Below, piece by piece: positions 1-7,790 of a stretch of 64,000 nt of DNA (position 1 is the first letter of the stretch; each line of letters starts with the position of its first letter). The stretch comes from Myxococcota bacterium (GTDB lineage Bacteria; Myxococcota_A; Polyangia; Nannocystales; Nannocystaceae), in contig JBCCHT010000032.1 in assembly GCA_039028615.1 (NCBI GenBank), positions 64,001-128,000 of the forward strand, read 5' to 3'. The position numbers and the translations under genes are program-made. Below the pieces are notes generated by a model that had not been told where the DNA came from, made no database searches, and saw nothing but the letters and a program-made list of their open reading frames with translations.

Positions 1-986
1 ACACGAGGGTTTGTGTCGTAGAGGTGGTCGCGTCGTTTCGTCGTCGCGGAGCGTTGCCGAAAGGTGCTCGACGAACGCTTCACGCTTCGGTTTTCAGGCC
101 ACCTTCGTGACCACGACGCAAGTGCTCAGCGAGTCGCCACCCGGGGTTCATGGGGGCAACTTCGGGCAGCGTTCGTGTCCCCTATCCTGAACCAAAGCAG
201 CCGTTGAGGGATGTAAGCGCCACCACCGGGGGCGAGTCTGGGAGGCGGGTCTTCCCTTACTCGGACGTCCTGTTCCGGGAAACATGTCGCCACGAATTGT
301 CGGGTACGGGACTTTTTGCCTCGGGGTATCGAGACCACACCCGAGCGACGAAATTTGTCGCTCTGTCGGCGACCTCGTCGCGAGGGAATCGAGTGCGAAC
401 ACGGGGTCGCACTCGTCGATCGAAACCGTCGTCGATGCGCAAACCGGGTTCCGTTTCCGGCGCTCATGACACGCACTGGATTCGAGTGGAGCATTCGTCG
501 ACGTGTCGAGGTTCGTGCACGACGATCGAGCATTAGCTTTGTGAGCAACGAAGCGGCGCTCGCCTGCATCGACACCGACGATGCGTTGGGTCTGACAGGA
601 TTGTGAACGCAGAGCGCTCGTTCGCGATCACGACGGTGTCGATCGACGACCGCGAGTTCGTGATCGTGCTCGCCTCGCGAGGTCGGAGGCCCCTTCGAAC
701 CCCCTCCAATCGGCCACGAAACACCCGCTTTGCTCAAGTTGCCGAAGATCGAGAGCGCTCGTTCGTTCGCACCTGCGTGCGCCCTGCTCTCGGAGTTTGG
801 CAAAACGCGAAGAAACTTCGTTTCGTCTCCGACACCGACCGCCTTCCCAGATCAGGACCAGGCCCCCCGATGTTCGGATTTGTAGGGCCGACTCGGACGG
901 TCAGTCGAAAGTCGGCCACGGTAGGGCAGCTTACATCTCCTGAACTGCCGCTTGGGCCAACGTTGGTGCCGACGAAACGTGGCCCA

Positions 987-3536
987 ATGACCTACCGCAA
1001 AAAGCTCTTTCCTGACTACCGACTTCCGGCACCCGCCGGCCTCTCCATGTTGTTTGTCCTCGCGTGCAGCACCGGCTGCCCCAGCGACGACATCCCCACC
1101 GTGACGTCCGGCGACGACACCACGACGACCGACGCCGCGACGACCACCGGCATTACTACCCTCCCCACTCAGAACACCACCGACGTTGCGACGACCGACG
1201 TAGCAACCGGTGGCATGGACACTACGACCGGTGGTGTCGACACCGAGGGCGAAGACACCACCGAAGGCGCGGACGAGTCCTCTTCCGGCGGTGACACCTG
1301 CGGCGACGGTGTCCTCGACGACGGCGAAGACTGCGACGGCGACGACCTCGGCGGTGCGGCCTGTACTGACCAGGGCTTCGTCGGCGGCGACCTTGCCTGT
1401 AACGACGACTGTACCTTCGACACCTCTGCCTGCACCGAGGCCATGTGTGGTGACGGCATCATCGAGGGTGACGAGGACTGCGAAGGCATGGACCTCGGCG
1501 GCGAGGACTGCCTCAGCCAAGGTATGGACGGCGGCATGCTCGGCTGTACGGCCGACTGCGAGTTCGACCTCATGGGCTGCTTCATGATCAGCTGCGGGGA
1601 CGACACGATTCAGCCCCCCGAGGTGTGTGACGGCACCGACCTCGGCGGCGCGGACTGTGTCTCCGAGGGCTTCGACGGCGGCATGCTCGGGTGCGACCCC
1701 ATGGGCATGTGCATGGCCTTCGACACCAGCGGCTGCTTCGTCTGTGGCGATGACACCGTGGGTGGCCCCGAGACCTGTGACGGCACCGACCTCAACGGTC
1801 AGGACTGCGTCAGCCAGGGCTTCGACGAGGGCACGCTGGCCTGTAACGCCGACTGCGGTGGCTACGACACCTCCGGTTGCGCGACCTGTGGCGACGATGC
1901 CATCGGCGGCACCGAGACCTGCGACGGTACCGACCTCGGCGGTCAGACCTGCGTCGGCCTCGGCTTCGGCGGCGGCACGCTGGCCTGTAACGCGGACTGC
2001 GGCACCTTCGACACGTCGGGCTGCACGATGGACGTCTGCGGCGACGGTGCGGTCACTGGCCCCGAGGTCTGTGACGGTGCGGACGTCGGCGGGGCGACCT
2101 GCGTCGGCGAGGGCTTCGACGACGGCGTCATCGCTTGTAACGCGACCTGCGACGGGCTCGACACTTCGGGCTGCTTCTCCTGTGGCGACGGCGTCGTCGG
2201 CGGAGCCGAGGAGTGCGACGGTGCCGACCTTGCGGGGGCCGATTGCGCTTCGCAGGGCTTCGGCGGAGGCGGCACGCTCGCCTGCGCGGCCGACTGTACC
2301 TTCGACACCGCGATGTGCATCCCGGGCGGTACCAGCACCACGGTCTGCTCGACGCCGGGTACCCCGGTTGGTCCCGACGCTGGCTCGGTCAACACCGACA
2401 CCATTGTCGTGCCCGCGGGCGGCGACTTCATCACCGACGTCAACGTGTTCGTCGACGCCAACCACACGTGGGTCGGCGACCTCGAGATCTCGGTCACTCA
2501 GGTCGAGAACAACGTGCCGGCTCTCATCATGGAGAACCCGTGCGGAAACCAGGACGACATCTTCGCCACGTTCGATCAGGATCTGGGCGCCGCGCCGGCC
2601 TGCGCTGGCGTGCCGGCCATCTCCGGTGACATCCTGCCCGATCCGGGCTCCCTCGATGTCTTCACCGGTATCCCCGACGGCGATACCACCTGGCAGCTCG
2701 ACATCCTCGACGAGGTTGGCGGCGACGGCGGCACGCTCAACGAGTGGTGTGTCACCATCGAGTACGGCCCCGATCCCACCGCGTGTGGCGACGGCGTTCT
2801 CACCTTCGGTGAGCAGTGCGAAGGTGCCGACCTCCAGGGCAACGACTGCGTCTCGCAGGGCTTCCCCGCTGGCGGCACGCTGGCCTGTGACGCGGTGACC
2901 TGTGGCTTCGACACTTCCGCGTGTGATGCGTCGGCCGGTGTCTGTGGCAACGGCATCCTCGAGAACGACGGCGTGACCTCCTTCGAGGATTGCGACGGCA
3001 ACGAAGGCATCGCGGGCAACAACTGCGAGGGCTTGGGCTTCGCGGGCGGCTCGCTCGACTGTGGCTTCCCGGCTTGTGGCTTCGACACCAGCGGCTGCTC
3101 CGACACGGTCATCGCTGCCTGTAACAACGGCCTGGGGCTCACCATCGACGGCGACCTGCCGCCGGTGGAGAACGTCATCAACCTCGCCGATGCCGGCAAC
3201 GTGGGCGACATCGACGTCTTCGTCGACGCCAACCACGCTTGGGTCGGTGACCTGGACATCACCCTCGTCAACGACACCACGGGCACCTCCGTCGACTTGT
3301 TCTTCGACCAGTGCACCCTGCAGGACGACGTCTGGGCGTTCTTCAACGACGAGGGCAACGGCCCGGCGGACTGCGTCGAGCCGTTCGCGCTCGAGGGCAA
3401 CGTCACTCCCGACAACCCGCTGTCGGCCTTCGATGGTGGTGCCATCGCGGGCGACTGGCGACTCGTGGTCGCGGATGACGCTGGTCCGGATGACGGCGTG
3501 CTCAACGGCTGGTGTGTCTACATCACGCCCGAGTGA
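987..3536 (+). CDS. Cys-rich repeat surface lipoprotein with two proprotein-convertase P-domain-like modules
   Basis: ATG at 987 (MTYRKK..); lipobox-like VLAC; Thr/Asp linker; 9 repeats CGDG..E.CDG.DL.G..C...GF.GG.L.C...C.FDTS.C; two 'VFVDANH.WVGDL.I' P-domain-like modules; no protease catalytic domain seen. Confidence 0.85.
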   Translation: MTYRKKLFPDYRLPAPAGLSMLFVLACSTGCPSDDIPTVTSGDDTTTTDAATTTGITTLPTQNTTDVATTDVATGGMDTTTGGVDTEGEDTTEGADESSSGGDTCGDGVLDDGEDCDGDDLGGAACTDQGFVGGDLACNDDCTFDTSACTEAMCGDGIIEGDEDCEGMDLGGEDCLSQGMDGGMLGCTADCEFDLMGCFMISCGDDTIQPPEVCDGTDLGGADCVSEGFDGGMLGCDPMGMCMAFDTSGCFVCGDDTVGGPETCDGTDLNGQDCVSQGFDEGTLACNADCGGYDTSGCATCGDDAIGGTETCDGTDLGGQTCVGLGFGGGTLACNADCGTFDTSGCTMDVCGDGAVTGPEVCDGADVGGATCVGEGFDDGVIACNATCDGLDTSGCFSCGDGVVGGAEECDGADLAGADCASQGFGGGGTLACAADCTFDTAMCIPGGTSTTVCSTPGTPVGPDAGSVNTDTIVVPAGGDFITDVNVFVDANHTWVGDLEISVTQVENNVPALIMENPCGNQDDIFATFDQDLGAAPACAGVPAISGDILPDPGSLDVFTGIPDGDTTWQLDILDEVGGDGGTLNEWCVTIEYGPDPTACGDGVLTFGEQCEGADLQGNDCVSQGFPAGGTLACDAVTCGFDTSACDASAGVCGNGILENDGVTSFEDCDGNEGIAGNNCEGLGFAGGSLDCGFPACGFDTSGCSDTVIAACNNGLGLTIDGDLPPVENVINLADAGNVGDIDVFVDANHAWVGDLDITLVNDTTGTSVDLFFDQCTLQDDVWAFFNDEGNGPADCVEPFALEGNVTPDNPLSAFDGGAIAGDWRLVVADDAGPDDGVLNGWCVYITPE

Positions 3537-3600
3537 TGTAGGACCTGGGCTGCGAACCCGGGGCGCGTGAGCACCCCGGTTCGCCTCCCACCGGTCACAC

Positions 3601-3634
3601 GAAAAGAGGGGTGCAGCAGCACCCCTCTTTTTTC
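3601..3634. terminator. Bidirectional intrinsic terminator
   Basis: AAAAGAGGGGTGC-AGCA-GCACCCCTCTTTT stem with T-run after and A-run before, between convergent genes. Confidence 0.85.
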
Positions 3635-3659
3635 TTTGGTTGGTCCGGACGCCGACGGT

Positions 3660-5378
3660 TCAGTCGGCCCGGTCTTCGCGGTGGCTGTGCACCGACACCC
3701 CTTCATCGGGCGTGGTGACGTTCATGAACGGCTTGCCCTTCTGGGCTTTGCCGACCACCCACCCTTCGCCGAGCATCAGCTCGAGCCCTTGTACGGCCTG
3801 CTGGAAGGTCTCTTGGGCCGTGCGGGGGTCCATGCGTTGCTCGAGGTTCTTTTTTACCGCCGCGAGCAGGTCGGGCACCCGCGGGTGATGGGGGATGAGC
3901 TGGGCGACCAGACCGATGGGCCCCACGAAGAGCAGGCGACGCCCCTTCTTGGTGAAGGACCGAATGCGCACGACCTCGCCGTTGCGGTAGTAGGGCACCT
4001 CTTCGCTCTCGGCGTCGCCGAGCGCGAGCTTGACCTTGTTGACCGACGAGGTCAGCCACTTGGCGTTCTCCCCGAGGAAGCGCTGCGTGACCTGCTTGAC
4101 GGAGGCGAGGTCGTAGCCGCCGACCATGGCCTGCCCGAGCACGTCGTTGGAGAAGCCACCCTGGGCCAGCCAGCGCCACGCCTTGGACGCGGTCATGGTG
4201 AGCCCCGCGTCCTTGGCGATCATGCGGCACTGCTCCTGGAGGTCGGAGAACTGGCCGTTGGTGGCGTACCAGAAGTCGGCGAAGCGAATGTGCTGCTTGA
4301 TGCGCGTGCGCTGGTTGTCGTCGTAGTGGCGCTGGAGCCACTCGACCTTGTGCTGGCCCTTGTGGATCGCGGCCAACGAGTAGGCCAGCTCGCGCGCGCC
4401 GACCTGGGTGAGGGTCATGCCCGCCGCGAGGATCGGGTCGGCAAAGCCGATGGCCTCACCCACCAGAAACCAGTTCTCGCCGTAGCTGCGGTCGGCCACG
4501 AAGGACCAGTCCTTGGTGGCCTTGGTCTCGCCGCGCGCCTTCGCGTCGGTGAGCAGCTGCTTGACCCGGGGCTCGAGCTCCAGGGCCTCGAGGTAGAGCT
4601 GCTCGAGCGTCTTGTCGCTGCCCTTGACGTAGTCGGCGGGCACGACGAGGCCGACGCTGGCGCGGGTGGGGGACACGGGGATGAACCACAGCCACCCGTA
4701 GGCGATGCTGAGCACCTGCACTCGGGTTCCGCCCACGCCGATGGTCTCGGCCCAGGTGGCGTTGTCCCAGTAGTCCCAGGCGGCGACGTTCTTGAGCGAG
4801 GAGGGGCAGTGGACAGAGACCCCCATGGCACGGCGAATGACGCCGGGGCCTCCCGAGGCATCGACGTACCAGCGGGCGGTCACCGTGCTGCCGTCGGCCA
4901 GCTCGAGGCCAGTGATGCGGTCCTCTTCGCGCTCGACTCGGACCACGCCGCACGATTGCCGGACCTCGCAGCCCAGGCGCTCCGCCTGGTTGAGCAGGAT
5001 CTCGTCGTAGACGGCGCGATCGACCTGGAACGCAGTGAGGTGCCGCTGGCCCTTGAATCGGGCGGGGCGTGGCTCGGGCTTGAGGTCGCCGTGGGGGATG
5101 AAGTCGAAGTCCCACAGGTCCTTCTCCCGACCCCAGCGCAGGGTGGCGCCGATCTTGATGGGGAAGTTGGCCTTCTCCACCTCTTCCCAGCAGCCCATCT
5201 CCTCGAGGATGTGGCCGATGGGGGGCAGCTGGCTCTCCCCGACGTGTTCGCGGGGGAACTGGTCGCGCTCGACGATGAGGACGCGGGCATCCGAGTACTT
5301 GCGGAGCAACGCTCCAGTGGTGCTGCCTCCCGGCCCACCTCCCACGATGATCACGTCGTAGTCGAATCCGTCTGCCAC
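3660..5378 (-). CDS. Flavin-dependent halogenase family protein (FAD-dependent oxidoreductase)
   Basis: IIVGGGPGG FAD motif, FPREHVGES, NFPIKIG (conserved Lys), WLWFIP (WxWxIP), GEAIGFADP; probable GTG start at 5378. Confidence 0.85.
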   Translation of the reverse strand: MADGFDYDVIIVGGGPGGSTTGALLRKYSDARVLIVERDQFPREHVGESQLPPIGHILEEMGCWEEVEKANFPIKIGATLRWGREKDLWDFDFIPHGDLKPEPRPARFKGQRHLTAFQVDRAVYDEILLNQAERLGCEVRQSCGVVRVEREEDRITGLELADGSTVTARWYVDASGGPGVIRRAMGVSVHCPSSLKNVAAWDYWDNATWAETIGVGGTRVQVLSIAYGWLWFIPVSPTRASVGLVVPADYVKGSDKTLEQLYLEALELEPRVKQLLTDAKARGETKATKDWSFVADRSYGENWFLVGEAIGFADPILAAGMTLTQVGARELAYSLAAIHKGQHKVEWLQRHYDDNQRTRIKQHIRFADFWYATNGQFSDLQEQCRMIAKDAGLTMTASKAWRWLAQGGFSNDVLGQAMVGGYDLASVKQVTQRFLGENAKWLTSSVNKVKLALGDAESEEVPYYRNGEVVRIRSFTKKGRRLLFVGPIGLVAQLIPHHPRVPDLLAAVKKNLEQRMDPRTAQETFQQAVQGLELMLGEGWVVGKAQKGKPFMNVTTPDEGVSVHSHREDRAD

Positions 5379-5526
5379 GCCGCGAGTGTAGACGGGCGAT
5401 GTCCCAATGAACATTGGCTAGCTCTCGTCTCGAACGACGGAAATGAGCGAGGTTGCGCCCTGGGCGCGGGAGCGCGGCGTCCGAGTGCGAAACCGTTCGG
5501 CATTCCCAGGCATACTCCAGGCAACG

Positions 5527-6162
5527 ATGCGAATCCTCCTCGGTCTCGTCTGTCTGGTGCCTTTTGCGTGCTCGTCTCCCGTCTCCGATTCCTCGGCCAC
5601 GGCCGAGCCAGCGTCCGCATCGGCGGCACCCGTGGCCGCGGCCGAGCCCGCGGTCAAGACCGAGGCCGAAAAGCGCGAGCAGGTGGCCTACTTCGCGGGG
5701 GGCTGCTTCTGGGGCGTCGAGCACTACCTCGAGCAAATGGACGGGGTGGCCAGCGTCGAGTCCGGCTATATGGGCGGGCACGTGGAGTCGCCCACCTATC
5801 AGCAGGTCTCGAGCCAGACCTCCGGGCACCTCGAGACGGTCGAGGTTCGCTTCGACGCCAATCGGGTGAGCTACTACGACGTCGCCCAGCGCTTCTTCGA
5901 GATCCACGACCCCACACAGGCCAACGGTCAGGGGCCCGACATCGGGCCCGAGTACCTGTCGGTGGTGTTCTATGCCGATGAAGCGCAGAAGAAGGACACC
6001 GAGACCCTCATCGGCCTGCTGCGCCAACGGGGCTACGACGTGGTGACCACCGTGCGCAAGGCGGAGAAGTTCTGGCCGGCCGAGGACTACCACCAGGACT
6101 ACTACGCGAACTCGGGCAAGAAGCCGTATTGCCACGCGCGGGTCCGTCGCTTCGACGATTGA
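5527..6162 (+). CDS. msrA: Peptide-methionine (S)-S-oxide reductase with lipoprotein signal
   Basis: GGCFWG active site, SGYMGG, HDPT, AEDYHQDYY; N-terminus MRILLGLVCLVPFAC. Confidence 0.92.
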   Translation: MRILLGLVCLVPFACSSPVSDSSATAEPASASAAPVAAAEPAVKTEAEKREQVAYFAGGCFWGVEHYLEQMDGVASVESGYMGGHVESPTYQQVSSQTSGHLETVEVRFDANRVSYYDVAQRFFEIHDPTQANGQGPDIGPEYLSVVFYADEAQKKDTETLIGLLRQRGYDVVTTVRKAEKFWPAEDYHQDYYANSGKKPYCHARVRRFDD

Positions 6163-6257
6163 AGCAGGCCCCGCGGGCCGCCGCCACGGGAGGCCCCACA
6201 CGGGCCGTGGTAGCCCGAATTCACGCCATCGACCGCGGAGTCTGCTAACACGCGGTC

Positions 6258-7733
6258 GTGTCCGATCTGCGACTGCGGGTGCTCGATGATCGACCGGTCG
6301 ATCCCAAGGGACGCTACGTCCTGTACTGGATGATCGCGGCCCGACGCACCCGCTTCAACTTCGCGCTTCAGCACGCGCTGCAGTGGGCGAAGCGCCTGGG
6401 CCGACCCTTGCTGATCTTCGAGCCGCTGCGGGCCGGCTACGCGTGGGCGGCGGATCGACACCACGCCTTCGTGATCCAGGGCATGGCCGACCACGCGGCG
6501 CGGCTGTCTCGGCTCGGCGTGCGGTACCTGCCCTATCTCGAGCCGAAGCCGGGGGCTGCCCGAGGGCTGCTGCGGGCGCTCGCCGAGTCGGCGGCGGTGG
6601 TGGTGACCGACGACTCGCCGGCGTTCCACTATCCCCGCATGCTCCGGGCCGCGGCCGCGCAGGTCGAGTGTCGGCTGGAGGCCATCGACGGCAACGGGTT
6701 GCTGCCCCTGCGCGCACCCGACCGCGACTTCACGCGGGCGCACTCCTTTCGGGCCTATCTGCAGCGGGAGCTCCCGGCGCATCTCGAGCGCTTGCCGGTC
6801 GTCGATCCGCTCGCAAAGTACGACCTGGGGGCCGCCACCATCCCGCGTACGGTGTTGCAGCGGTGGCCGGGCGTGAGCGCGGCGGCCCTACGCGAGCCCG
6901 CGCGCCTGGTGGCCGCGCTGCCTCTCGATCGCGAGCCCGACATCGTCGAGGGAGTCTCGGGCGGGGAGGTCGCGGGAGCCCGCCGTCTCGAAGCCTTCGT
7001 GGCGGATCGGCTGGCGAACTACGGCTCGGCTCGCAACCACCCCGACGACGAGGACTCGGGCAGCGGCCTGTCTCCTCACCTTCATTTCGGTCACGTGGGG
7101 GCGCACCAGGTCTTCCACGCCATCTGCCGCCGCGAAGGGTGGAGCCCGGCGTCGCTCGGTCCTCCGCAGGGCGGCTCACGAGGCGGCTTCTGGGGCATGA
7201 GCGAGGCGGCGGAGGCCTTCGTCGATCAGTTCGTGACGTGGCGAGAGATGGGCTACGTCATGAACCTCCGCGACCCCGATTTCCATCGCTTCGAGTCGCT
7301 GCCTCCGTGGGCGCGGAAGACCATGGCCGAGCACGCCAAGGATCCGCGACCGTCGCTGTACACCACGGCGCAGCTCGAGAACGCGGAGACCTACGACCCG
7401 CTGTGGAACGCGGCGCAGCGTCAGCTCCGCGTCGAAGGACGGATCCACAACTATCTGCGGATGCTGTGGGGCAAGAAGATCTACGAGTGGTCGGCCAGCG
7501 GCGAGGAGGCCTTCACCCGGCTCGTCGAGCTCAACGATCGCTGGGCGCTGGACGGGCGCGACCCCAACACTCTGTCGAGCATCGGCTGGGTGCTGGGCCG
7601 CTTCGACCGGGCCTGGGGCCCCGAGCGGCCCATCTTCGGCAAGCTGCGCTACATGAGCTCGGACAGCGCGCGTCGCAAGCTTCGGCTCACCCAGTACCTG
7701 CAGCGCTGGAGCGACCAGACCTCCATGTTTTGA
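6258..7733 (+). CDS. phrB: Deoxyribodipyrimidine photolyase (class II CPD type)
   Basis: VLYWM, SGLSPHLHFGH, TYDPLWNAAQ, IHNYLRMLWGKK, ALDGRDPN motifs. Confidence 0.9.
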   Translation: MSDLRLRVLDDRPVDPKGRYVLYWMIAARRTRFNFALQHALQWAKRLGRPLLIFEPLRAGYAWAADRHHAFVIQGMADHAARLSRLGVRYLPYLEPKPGAARGLLRALAESAAVVVTDDSPAFHYPRMLRAAAAQVECRLEAIDGNGLLPLRAPDRDFTRAHSFRAYLQRELPAHLERLPVVDPLAKYDLGAATIPRTVLQRWPGVSAAALREPARLVAALPLDREPDIVEGVSGGEVAGARRLEAFVADRLANYGSARNHPDDEDSGSGLSPHLHFGHVGAHQVFHAICRREGWSPASLGPPQGGSRGGFWGMSEAAEAFVDQFVTWREMGYVMNLRDPDFHRFESLPPWARKTMAEHAKDPRPSLYTTAQLENAETYDPLWNAAQRQLRVEGRIHNYLRMLWGKKIYEWSASGEEAFTRLVELNDRWALDGRDPNTLSSIGWVLGRFDRAWGPERPIFGKLRYMSSDSARRKLRLTQYLQRWSDQTSMF

Positions 7734-7790
7734 GGCCACCGCCACGAACATGCGCGGCGATGGCCTCCTTCTGCGGACCCGAGCGCAGCG

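Noticed and set aside
48..81. GAAA-tetraloop stem as a c-di-GMP riboswitch, or the region as 6S RNA
   Set aside because: The consensus elements and usual gene context are not recognisable by eye
603..986. N-terminal extensions given by the ORF track (also msrA, OYE, ALDH, hslR, sigma factor)
   Set aside because: Downstream starts give proper signal peptides, RBSs or domain boundaries
1290..2320. Regularly spaced DNA repeats that could suggest a CRISPR array
   Set aside because: They are degenerate in-frame protein repeats with no identical repeat/unique spacer pattern and no cas genes
852..3236. Long antisense ORFs (also 8406-10376, 10802-14038, 19967-23374, 28023-30572, 32960-36433, 39894-43172, 58009-61125)
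   Set aside because: Shadow frames of high-GC genes; they have no motifs and overlap well-supported CDSs on the opposite strand
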